Origin: Candidatus Methylomirabilis oxygeniifera
GTDB lineage: Bacteria; Methylomirabilota; Methylomirabilia; Methylomirabilales; Methylomirabilaceae
Length of the DNA stretch: 32,000 nt
NCBI GenBank assembly: GCA_000091165.1
Contig: FP565575.1
Coordinates: 690,001-722,000 of the forward strand
Direction: 5' to 3'
Part shown: positions 9,006-17,676 of the stretch, one piece after another
How the letters are laid out: every line of letters begins with the position of its first letter
How positions within the stretch are numbered: position 1 is the stretch's first letter
Notes under the pieces: model-generated
What the model saw: the letters and a program-made list of their open reading frames with translations, nothing else
What the model was told of the DNA's origin: nothing
The model's database searches: none
Made by a program: the position numbers and the translations under genes

Positions 9006-11204
9006 ATGGCTGAACAACCACCCGTCCGACGCCGCGGCTTGCGCATCCTCCTGATCGCCCTGGCGACCGGCATCGTCGTTGGAGGTCTCGCGGTGGGTGG
9101 GCTCTATCGCCTTAGTTCGAGCCCGCTCCTATGCAATTCCTGCCATATTATGAAACCGTATGTTGAGGCCTGGAGGAGTTCCAAACACAACAACGTCACG
9201 TGTATCGATTGCCATTACCCTCCGGAGCTTCGCGGCACCATATGGGTGAAGTACCAGGCACTTTCCCAGGTTGCGAAGTGGGCGACGCAAACCTACAGTT
9301 CGAAGCCGTTCGCCGAGGTTGAGGATGCGAGTTGCCTTCGCTCTGGGTGTCATACGAGCCGCCTGCTTGAGGGTAAAGTCACCTTCAAACGGGGGATTAT
9401 CTTTGACCACGGCCCGCACCTGAAAGAGGAACGCCGGGGGCGGCAGCTTCGGTGCACAAGCTGTCACTCCCAGATCGTGGTTGGGACGCACATCGAGGTG
9501 ACCACGACCACCTGTTACCTCTGTCACTTTAAGGGGATGAAGACATCTCGGGAATTTCACCCTCTTGGCGGCTGTACGGTCTGCCACACGGTGCCCAAGG
9601 AGGATATCAAGCTGGGGACCATTGCCTTCAACCACGAGTCGATGGTGAAGCGAAATGTCGGATGCGAGAAGTGCCATCTCAACGTGGTTGAGGGGAGTGG
9701 TCAGGCCCCACAAGAGCGCTGCTATACCTGTCACAACCAGCCAGAGAAGCTTCAGAAGTACGCCGACACACCATTCATGCATGAATTCCACGTGGCCGGT
9801 CATCATATCGAGTGTACCCGTTGCCACAGCGAGATCAGACACAAACTCCCGCCCCCCATCGGCTTATCCCTGAGCGGGTTATTGCAATGGTTATCGGAAC
9901 CCTCGAGTGCCGAGGCTGCCGAGAGCAGTGCCCAAGTCCTGCCGAAGCGGCTGTTCCAGTCGCCGGCGGTGAAGATGCCAGAGGCGCACCCTGCGACTCG
10001 GGATCGAGGGCTTGATTGCAAAGCCTGCCATCAGGCTACTCACCAGGGAGTCCTCGAGATGTACGTTGGTATGGGAGGGAAGGGGACGCCGATGATTCCC
10101 GGCCACATGTTTCAGGTCAGGGTAGAGTGCGTAGCCTGTCATGTGGAGCCCGGGAAGGACAAGGCCATGGCGACATTCGGTGGGCGGACATTCAGACCAT
10201 CAGAACGCGCATGTCTTGGTTGCCACGGCGAGCGGTACAAAGGGATGCTGGAACGCTGGACAAAGACTATCACCACTATGCTCACGACGGTCAATGCAAA
10301 GCTCTTGTTAGCGGAGCAGGCTCTGCAAACCACTCATCGGGCTCACCCGCAGTTTGCGAAGGCCTGGAAATTGGCAACCGATGCGCGACACAATGTGGAA
10401 TTCGTCACGAATGGGAAGGGCGTTCACAACGTCTTCTTTGCTGCCGACTTACTGAAGGTTGCGGACGGGTACCTGGATCAGTCGATGGCGGCAATCGGGC
10501 AGTTGCCTCTGAAGGTTGCAGAGGAGACCCTCGTCCGGGGAGGCTATTGCGCGGTGCTGTGTCACAATCAACTGGGAGTGAAGGCACCGGAGGAGGTAAA
10601 ATTTGGGGCTGAGACGATCCCGCATGTCCGCCACGTGACTGAGTTCGGTGTCACATGCACGGCATGTCACTCGGCCGAACGACACAAGGCGGTGACCGCC
10701 ACAAAGGCGACTTGCCTGAGCTGTCATCACCGCGCGGGGAATGATAACGAGCGGTGCATCGCCTGTCACACGCTCCAGAACGCCTTCTTTTCTGGTACGA
10801 TTAAGGTTGAGGCGGTTGTTGAGCCGACCCCCAGTGCCCACGTAGAGCTGATCGACTGTGTGGGATGCCACAACGTCCAGAAGCAGCATTCCAGGCAAGC
10901 GGTGGCAGCGCAGTGCCTGGGCTGCCATGACACGACGTCCGTCAAGGTGTTCACGCAGTGGCGGAAAGATATCGGTCAAGGTCTGGAAGAGGCCATGCGC
11001 CTCCTGAGGAAAGGGGAGTCCGGCCTGCGCCATGCTCCTCAAGACCCGAAGGCATCCGAGGTGCGCCTTCTCCTTCAGGCGGCGAAACGGGATCTCGATC
11101 TGGTCGTCAAGGCTGGGGGAATTCACAATCCAGAGCTGGCGAAGGCGATCTTGGTCAAGGCAAAGGAATCGGCCGAGCGGGCCATACGCTTCTTGAACCG
11201 GTAG
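9006..11204 (+). CDS. NapC/NirT-like membrane-anchored multihaem cytochrome with up to 18 haem motifs (ImcH-like)
   Basis: N-terminal TM then LLCNSCHIMKPYVEAW...NVTCIDCHYPPELRG. 16 CxxCH plus CLRSGCH (CX4CH) and CAVLCH (CX3CH). Confidence 0.83.
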   Translation: MAEQPPVRRRGLRILLIALATGIVVGGLAVGGLYRLSSSPLLCNSCHIMKPYVEAWRSSKHNNVTCIDCHYPPELRGTIWVKYQALSQVAKWATQTYSSKPFAEVEDASCLRSGCHTSRLLEGKVTFKRGIIFDHGPHLKEERRGRQLRCTSCHSQIVVGTHIEVTTTTCYLCHFKGMKTSREFHPLGGCTVCHTVPKEDIKLGTIAFNHESMVKRNVGCEKCHLNVVEGSGQAPQERCYTCHNQPEKLQKYADTPFMHEFHVAGHHIECTRCHSEIRHKLPPPIGLSLSGLLQWLSEPSSAEAAESSAQVLPKRLFQSPAVKMPEAHPATRDRGLDCKACHQATHQGVLEMYVGMGGKGTPMIPGHMFQVRVECVACHVEPGKDKAMATFGGRTFRPSERACLGCHGERYKGMLERWTKTITTMLTTVNAKLLLAEQALQTTHRAHPQFAKAWKLATDARHNVEFVTNGKGVHNVFFAADLLKVADGYLDQSMAAIGQLPLKVAEETLVRGGYCAVLCHNQLGVKAPEEVKFGAETIPHVRHVTEFGVTCTACHSAERHKAVTATKATCLSCHHRAGNDNERCIACHTLQNAFFSGTIKVEAVVEPTPSAHVELIDCVGCHNVQKQHSRQAVAAQCLGCHDTTSVKVFTQWRKDIGQGLEEAMRLLRKGESGLRHAPQDPKASEVRLLLQAAKRDLDLVVKAGGIHNPELAKAILVKAKESAERAIRFLNR

Positions 11205-11239
11205 GTGTGTGGGCGATATAAGGTTGCGCAAATCGAGCT

Positions 11240-11815
11240 ATGTCAAACAGAGTCAACCCAGAGAGGACAATGGAAGAACAACGATCATCCGGTAAGATAC
11301 GCCTTATCATAATGCTGGGCAGTACGTTGGCCGTAGGATTTCTTCTTGGGTACCTGGCTTCAGCCTTCGTTCCTCTCGTCCAGTCGCCACAATCGCCCGC
11401 CGTGTCGCCGTCTGCCGCTCCTGGTCCTAAGCTTTCACCCTCCGAGATTGATTCGGCCTTGAAGGCGGCCCACGCCTCGCTCGATGCTGGCGACCTCCAA
11501 GCCGCCTGGGAGAAATATCATCAGATCCTGCTCACTGATAGGAATCATATTGAGGCGCTGACGCACCTCGGAGTAATCTTGACGCAGAGCAATCAGCCGG
11601 ATGAGGCCATCAAGCTGTACGATCGAGCGTTGAGCCTGAATCCCCAGTATGCCCATGCCCTGTTCGATAAGGGACAGGCCTTACAGGCGAAAGGGGATGC
11701 GAAGGGCGCCACTGAGGTGTTCCAGCGGTTTCTCGCTCTGGTACCGCCGGACTCGGACGATGCCAAACGAGTCAAGGGATGGATTGCGGAGCTGACCCAT
11801 TCCAAGAAGCCATAA
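11240..11815 (+). CDS. Membrane-anchored TPR-repeat protein
   Basis: N-terminal TM (RLIIMLGSTLAVGFLLGYLASAFVP) and TPR-like helices (DEAIKLYDRALSLNPQYAHALFDKGQALQAKGDAKGATEVFQRFLALVPPDSDDAK). Confidence 0.75.
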   Translation: MSNRVNPERTMEEQRSSGKIRLIIMLGSTLAVGFLLGYLASAFVPLVQSPQSPAVSPSAAPGPKLSPSEIDSALKAAHASLDAGDLQAAWEKYHQILLTDRNHIEALTHLGVILTQSNQPDEAIKLYDRALSLNPQYAHALFDKGQALQAKGDAKGATEVFQRFLALVPPDSDDAKRVKGWIAELTHSKKP

Positions 11816-11912
11816 AGGCGAAAGTGCCTGGACAGGCAAGCGAGAAGGTCGTGAGATTCTGATGCGGGCGGTATGGTGACAACGCGTCAGTCAACATGAG
11901 GAGAGAGGGCTT

Positions 11913-12875
11913 ATGCGCGCAAAAGCGGTCATAGCGAGCCTGTTATTCACGTGGGGATATGGGTCAACGGCCTACGCGTTCGAAACGGCCGGCGGAGAGT
12001 TTCTCGCAAGGAAATCCTGCGCGGCCGTGCAGAGCATCAAGACGGGAAAGAATCCCGGCAGGATCAAGCTACGAGTTGACGATCGGTACCCCGTGACCGG
12101 CCTCAACGAACCGAATGGGACGTATGTACAGATTCAGGTGGCGGGCGCACGACCAGAACGTCGGTGGGTGAAGCGCACGTGCGGCACGCTGAATCCTGGG
12201 CCTGTTGAGCCTACCGCCGAACAATACGTGCTCGCTATAAGTTGGCAGCCTGCGTTTTGCGAAACCAAGCCCGACAAGACCGAATGCAAGACCCAGACGT
12301 CTGGTCGTTTCGACGCCGATCATTTCGCGCTGCACGGACTGTGGCCACAACCGAAAGGGAACATATTCTGCGGTGTCTCGACGGCTGATCGCGTACATTC
12401 GGAGCAGGGCAAGTGGGACAAGCTTCCCGAACCTGATCTGAGCGCGGAGACTCGGGCGCGTTTAAGCGAGGCCATGCCGGGAACGGCATCCAATTTACAG
12501 CGCCACGAATTCACCAAACATGGCACCTGTTTTCCCGGGAATGCGGATAGCTATTTCGGCGTCTCTCTGGCGTTGCTGCAGCAGATCAATGCCTCAAGGC
12601 TCCGAGACCTGATGGCGACGCATATCGGTGCGACCGTATCGTCGGCAGATATTACGCGCGAGTTTGAACAGAGCTTCGGAGCGGGTGCTGGCGCCGCGCT
12701 CGGCGTTCACTGTGTCGACGATCAGAATTCTCACCGCACGCTTATCGGCGAAATCCGTGTCAACCTGAAAGGAACGCTGAAGGAGACGACCAGGCTCCAG
12801 GATGTCTTGGATCGCTCGATGCGTGCAGTCAGCGATTGTTCCAAGGGTATCGTCGATCCGGTCGGGTTGAATTGA
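11913..12875 (+). CDS. Secreted ribonuclease T2 family protein
   Basis: Signal peptide; conserved catalytic segments FALHGLWPQ and HEFTKHGTC with the expected spacing. Confidence 0.85.
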   Translation: MRAKAVIASLLFTWGYGSTAYAFETAGGEFLARKSCAAVQSIKTGKNPGRIKLRVDDRYPVTGLNEPNGTYVQIQVAGARPERRWVKRTCGTLNPGPVEPTAEQYVLAISWQPAFCETKPDKTECKTQTSGRFDADHFALHGLWPQPKGNIFCGVSTADRVHSEQGKWDKLPEPDLSAETRARLSEAMPGTASNLQRHEFTKHGTCFPGNADSYFGVSLALLQQINASRLRDLMATHIGATVSSADITREFEQSFGAGAGAALGVHCVDDQNSHRTLIGEIRVNLKGTLKETTRLQDVLDRSMRAVSDCSKGIVDPVGLN

Positions 12876-12950
12876 GCAAAGTATCAATCGCTGAACGCCG
12901 GGCGCATGGGCGATGAATCATTATGGTGGTGAAAAAGCGTACGGTCTTGT

Positions 12951-13697
12951 ATGAGCCATAAGACCTCCGTCGTTGTTTTTGTTCCCGGACTGGGGAGTTT
13001 CAGTCCGATCAACCTGGGCATCCTGCGAATCGAGTATTTCAGGGGGGTAGAGCAAGCCCTGGAAGGACACGGGGCCTCGACATATTTTCCGACCCTTCCA
13101 CCATTCGCGGGGATCGCTCAGAGGGCGCGGGTACTTGCAGACGATTTATCGACATTGAAGGTAGATCGTATTCACCTTATCGCTCATAGCATGGGCGGGT
13201 TAGATAGCCGTTACTGTATACATCATTTCGATCCGGAACGTCGCATAGCGAGTCTGGTCACAATCGCCACACCGCATCGCGGTACCCCATTGGCCAACTG
13301 GGTGCTGGATGGGGATGGCCTGTTTCAACGGCTAATCCGGCCGTGCGTGAAGACGGCAGTTGTGGATCTGACACCTGAATCCTGTCGCCGTTTCAATGAC
13401 GTAATTCCAGATCGGGCAGATGTGCGATATCTGTCGTATGCCGGGGTACGGCCCGTCACAGAGATGCCGCCATGGTTCCGTCCCTGGACTCGTATGCTCG
13501 AGGAGAATGCCGGTGAGAACGATAGTCAGGTGCCACTTGGATCGGCGATGTGGGGGGAGTTCAAGAGGACATTGCGAGCCGACCACATCGAGCTGGCGGG
13601 TTGGAACCTGGGCGGATCGAACGCGCACGATCAGCGGCCATTTGATCATCTATCCTTTTATCAGGAAGTCCTGGCTGAGTTATTGGATGTGAAGTGA
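12951..13697 (+). CDS. Alpha/beta hydrolase, triacylglycerol lipase/esterase-like
   Basis: VFVPGLGS, nucleophile elbow AHSMGG, TIATPHRGTPLA. Confidence 0.8.
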   Translation: MSHKTSVVVFVPGLGSFSPINLGILRIEYFRGVEQALEGHGASTYFPTLPPFAGIAQRARVLADDLSTLKVDRIHLIAHSMGGLDSRYCIHHFDPERRIASLVTIATPHRGTPLANWVLDGDGLFQRLIRPCVKTAVVDLTPESCRRFNDVIPDRADVRYLSYAGVRPVTEMPPWFRPWTRMLEENAGENDSQVPLGSAMWGEFKRTLRADHIELAGWNLGGSNAHDQRPFDHLSFYQEVLAELLDVK

Positions 13698-15186
13698 TGG
13701 TGCAGCCGACAGCTTGGCGCATACTGCTTGACGGCGTAGGGACGGGAGGATGTATGGGCACCAGCGGAGCGATTTCGACACTGATTCGAGTGACCGTATG
13801 TCTCGGTCTCGTGAGTCCGGTCTTGGTGCTCGCTCGAGTAGCGGCTGGCGATGTAGCAGCCGAGTGTACACCGCCTTCCCTCGTGTGGTTTGACCCTATC
13901 TTCTTCTCCTATAACGTGGCGCTCGCACTGTTCGCCGTACTTTCCATCCCAGGCATTACGTATTTTTATGTCGTCTCCAGGAAGGCCGAGAAGATCAGGC
14001 GGCTGCGAAACGATCTCAGCGAAGAACGCTGGAGCCTCAATGAAGAGGCGATTGTCAACATCGTTGAGCGCCAGTTCCGGATGCGTCATTACCTTGGCAG
14101 CATGCTGACCCTGACCATCGTCGTCCTGCTTGGGACATCCATCATTCTCTTGCTCAAACCTTTCTCCGGAGCGGGTTGTGGGGGGTCGATTACAGTAAGG
14201 GCGCCAACTTCCTACTGTTGGGGCCTTACATGCTGTTTGGGCCTGATGGCCGCCCCGACCATGACTATTACCAGCATATTGCGGTGAGTCTGACGGCCTT
14301 CCAGTTCGGCTTTCTCGGCGCCTACGTCTATCTGATCGGAGACCTCGTCAGGGCCTACTTTATACTCGATCTGACCCCGCAAGTGTTTGTAGCCAGCACC
14401 ATCCGCGTCATCACCGGGAGCCTGCTAGCCTTGGTGACCTCATTTATGACGGGTTATATGTCGAAGGAAGTCAATATCAGCCTGCCATTGATTAGCTTTT
14501 TTTTCGGCTACTTTCCGGAAACAGCCCTGATTCTGATCCAAAAAAAGGTGGCCGGCTGGATTGGTCTGGGTGAGACGAAGTACCACGCTATACCGCTGTC
14601 AAGACTACCCGGCATGAGCTATGCGCACGAGACCCGCCTGATACGTGAAGGCTATGACAATGTAGAAAACCTGGCCACCGTTCGGCCGTTGGATTTGATG
14701 TTGCGGACAGGATTTACTCATCGTCAGGTGCGGCAGTGGATCGCGCAGGCATGGTTGTACAGCCATATGCGAGAGGATTACGAGGAGTTCGTCAAGCAGA
14801 CCGGTATTACCGGTGCAGATGAACTCGCAGAGCTTCTTGATAAGGGTAACGTCGGCTCTACGACGCCGGAGGAATACTTGAGCGCCGCTACCGGCGACAA
14901 GTATACGCACAAGATTGCAGCACTATGCCGTTTGGTTGGTAAGTGGAAAGAACGAGCCGATCGTCCGCTGAGCCTGAGCCCCCAGTACACTCGTGCCCTG
15001 TTTGATAAAGGGCAGGCGTTGAAAGCGAAGGGGGACACGAAGGGGGCGATTGAGGTGTTTCAGCGATTTCTCGCACTCGTGCCGCCAGACTCCGACGATG
15101 CCAAGCAGGTCAAAGAATGGATCGCGAAGCTCGGCAAATCAGGCCGTTCCACACCGAACACAGGTGACGAGCCTGGGAAGCCGTAG
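13697..15186 (+). CDS. Integral membrane protein with C-terminal TPR-like module, interrupted by an apparent frameshift near 14180-14185
   Basis: Two overlapping ORFs (13694..14287 in frame 2, 14176..15186 in frame 1) are continuous as one protein if one base is added at the GGGGGG run: ...KPFSGAGCGGVDYSKGANFLLLGPYMLFG... Confidence 0.6.
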
Positions 15187-15236
15187 AGTCTCTGCCCTCT
15201 TACTGTAGCTTTCACGATCTTGCCTGCATCGAATCG

Positions 15237-15554
15237 TTAGAATACAAGTGCAATCGCACCAGCGACAACTCTAAAAGGAAAAGCTAATACATTGCCGATG
15301 AAATTTAAGGTTCTGCTTAAAATACCTCCCGATACGCCCTCAGTCTTCTTTTCCTCCACTTCAGTCCGCCCCTCTGCCTTTGTCGCGCTGGTGTTTTCTG
15401 ATTGTGGAGACGCTTCACTTGATTCCATTGAATCTCGTTTTGTCTCGTGTGTAGTAACTGGCTCTGTCTTCGTCGTTGAAGTAGCAGTGCATCCTTCAAA
15501 TCCAAACACAGCAAATACACTGAGCACCATCAGTAAGAATATTCTCTTCTTCAT
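15237..15554 (-). CDS. Small putative lipoprotein
   Basis: MKKRIFLLMVLSVFAVFGFEGC signal/lipobox-like N-terminus; GGAGG upstream of ATG; C-terminal hydrophobic helix. Confidence 0.65.
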   Translation of the reverse strand: MKKRIFLLMVLSVFAVFGFEGCTATSTTKTEPVTTHETKRDSMESSEASPQSENTSATKAEGRTEVEEKKTEGVSGGILSRTLNFIGNVLAFPFRVVAGAIALVF

Positions 15555-15700
15555 CGAACACCTCCAGGGTTAATCTGGGTTCTGCGCATCTCGATTCTTC
15601 CTTGGCAATGCTTCCTCTCTCATAATTCTGGAGTATATTGCGCCTAAGGCTTCTTTACATTCACCGTTCATTCTAAGCCTGTCGAAGAGTGAGACATTCC

Positions 15701-15730
15701 GGATTCCGTGTCAAGCACGGAATGACGGGC
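15701..15730 (-). repeat. Inverted copy of the 30-nt repeat at 6189..6218
   Basis: ggattccgtgtcaagcacggaatgacgggc is the exact reverse complement of 6189..6218. Confidence 0.8.
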
Positions 15731-15747
15731 GAGAACAGAAGACGATG

Positions 15748-15767
15748 CCCCGCGGTTTGCCGCGGGG
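15748..15767. repeat. GC-rich perfect hairpin
   Basis: CCCCGCGG-TTTG-CCGCGGGG, 8-bp stem with 4-nt loop, between divergent genes. Confidence 0.6.
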
Positions 15768-15996
15768 TAGGTCATTCTATTGGGGGTTCATTCATGCGAG
15801 TATAATAGGCGGGTGTTAAGTCCCACCCCGGCTTGCGGAGTTGTTGGTGAAGGTATTTCAGACGCCTCGGTAAAAGTTGACTCCCTTGGAGATTTCACTA
15901 GAATGCAAGATTGATTCACCGGGATCGAGAAGATTGAATACAACGTGAGGGTGGGAATCATTGGCGCAGTGATGGAGGCGTGATGGGAAGGTCGGC

Positions 15997-16734
15997 GTGA
16001 ACATGGGGGCGGACGTATGGCCGAAGATAACGGCGTGGGCGGTGCACCTGTTCACGGCCTTTGGCGCAGTTATCGGGGCCTGGTGTCTCGTCGCCATACA
16101 CAGGGGCGATTATCGGGAAGCGTTCTTCGGGATGCTGCTGGCCGTTGTGTTCGATGCTGTGGATGGACCGCTGGCCCGGAGGGCTCGTGTTAAAGAGGTT
16201 CTGCCCCAATTCGATGGAACGAAGCTGGACGATATCGTCGACTATCTGAATTATGTCGTGGTCCCGATCGTGTTCATTCATGATGCGAACCTGCTGCCGG
16301 CGTCGGGCTCTGGCTGGATTCTGTTCTTTCCACTGCTTGCCAGCGCCTACCGTTTCTGTCACGTCTCTGCCAAGACGCCCGACCATTTTTTCACCGGATT
16401 TCCTTCGTACTGGAACATTCTGGCTTTCTACTATTATGTCGGGAGGAGTCCACTCTGGTTCAATGCGGCCTTCACCGTCTTCGCGGCGATCATGGTGCTG
16501 GTACCGATCAGATATATCTATCCCAGCCGCACTCGAACCCTCCGTCCTCTAACCATCGGACTGGGTATTCTGTGGGTGGCGGTACTCCTGATGCTCCTCC
16601 GGCAGCTTCCCGATCCGTCGCCATCGCTGGTTGCCTGGTCTCTGGTCTACCCGATCTACTATACAGTCCTCTCGTTTGCGCTGCATTGGCGCTTCCTGTC
16701 TGAAGGCAGACACACGTCTTTCGAATCACGGTGA
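15997..16734 (+). CDS. pcs: CDP-alcohol phosphatidyltransferase, phosphatidylcholine synthase-like
   Basis: Motif DAVDGPLARR...FDGTKLDDIVDYLNYVVVP matches CDP-alcohol phosphatidyltransferase with Pcs-like spacing; multiple TM segments. Confidence 0.72.
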   Translation: MNMGADVWPKITAWAVHLFTAFGAVIGAWCLVAIHRGDYREAFFGMLLAVVFDAVDGPLARRARVKEVLPQFDGTKLDDIVDYLNYVVVPIVFIHDANLLPASGSGWILFFPLLASAYRFCHVSAKTPDHFFTGFPSYWNILAFYYYVGRSPLWFNAAFTVFAAIMVLVPIRYIYPSRTRTLRPLTIGLGILWVAVLLMLLRQLPDPSPSLVAWSLVYPIYYTVLSFALHWRFLSEGRHTSFESR

Positions 16735-17676
16735 GGTTGACGCAGGTGGGGTCGACTGTTTGAAGGCGTCCGGTCCGTTCGGTAAACTGTCCAGAAAGGC
16801 GGCATCGAGGGTCACCACATCTTCTCCAGGTTCGGCCATAGCGTAGACACCGACCTGCGGGTCGGCAGCCTTCTTGAGCAGGAGGCGCTTCACGCCGCCT
16901 GCGTCCTTCAGCTCCACGATCAGGTCGGGACGTTCCAGGCCGTACTTACGTTTGGCGTCTGGACCGGAGTCGACAAATGTGGTCACACGGGCATCCTTGA
17001 TCTTCCACAGCATCTGCCCAATCACGGCTGCATCTGCCCTGGCCTTGATCGGCTTGCTGATCTCCCATCCCTTTTCTTCAACCTGGCTGAGGCTGATCGG
17101 TTGTCCCTTGATGGTGATCTCGACCCTGGTGACCTGGTTCGGTTCCAGCGCCAGTAGCGCTTTGTTACGGAAGTCGTCCGACTTCTTGTCTGTGCGGAGC
17201 CGTATAACAACGGTCGCCAGGAAGACCGCGGGCTGATCGGGTCGTTTGGCGTAGACGGAGCGGCCGTTCGGATTCAGATCGCCCAGCAGGATGGTTGGTA
17301 AGGTCTTTCCACTCTTGAGCGTGAGACCAAGCTGAATCGAAGGACGCTCAAGCCCGTAGTCGGCGAGATTCGTGGGTGCGTCCTCGATGCGTCGTTCTTC
17401 CTTAGCTTCCAGAAGCGTATGGAGCAGTGATGTGACCTCTGTATCATCGGCCGTGGCCTGTACAGGTTCGATCAGGCGCCATGCATCGTCTTTACGCTTC
17501 AGCACGATCCGCCCTTCGCCCCGCGTGATGACGATCTCTTCGACATCCTTCTCCTCGGTGCGGAATAGGCGGTTGCCATCCGACCCGAATCCATTCCTTT
17601 TGGTCTCTATGGCGTAGTAGCCCACGGCCAGAGCCGCCAGAACCACTACGAGAAGGCTGAGCGATCGCCACCTCAT
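16726..17676 (-). CDS. DUF4340-like protein accompanying a GldG-type ABC transporter
   Basis: Internal ATG at 17676 gives N-terminal TM MRWRSLSLLVVLAALAVGYYAIE. Repeated KDDAWRLIEPVQATADDTEVTSLL...GWEISKPIKARADAAVIGQML pattern; translationally overlaps the upstream gene. Confidence 0.75.
   Translation of the reverse strand: MRWRSLSLLVVVLAALAVGYYAIETKRNGFGSDGNRLFRTEEKDVEEIVITRGEGRIVLKRKDDAWRLIEPVQATADDTEVTSLLHTLLEAKEERRIEDAPTNLADYGLERPSIQLGLTLKSGKTLPTILLGDLNPNGRSVYAKRPDQPAVFLATVVIRLRTDKKSDDFRNKALLALEPNQVTRVEITIKGQPISLSQVEEKGWEISKPIKARADAAVIGQMLWKIKDARVTTFVDSGPDAKRKYGLERPDLIVELKDAGGVKRLLLKKAADPQVGVYAMAEPGEDVVTLDAAFLDSLPNGPDAFKQSTPPASTSP

Noticed and set aside
10016-11231. Overlapping ORFs in other frames within the 18-motif cytochrome (10016..10612 +, 10449..11231 -)
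   Set aside because: Shadow ORFs without domains; the host frame carries regularly spaced haem motifs.
6271-15793. A further shared word, gaatgaaccccc near 6277 and its complement near 15782, as part of one larger inverted repeat
   Set aside because: The order of the blocks differs between the two loci and the match is only 12 nt, so a single extended repeat is not supported.
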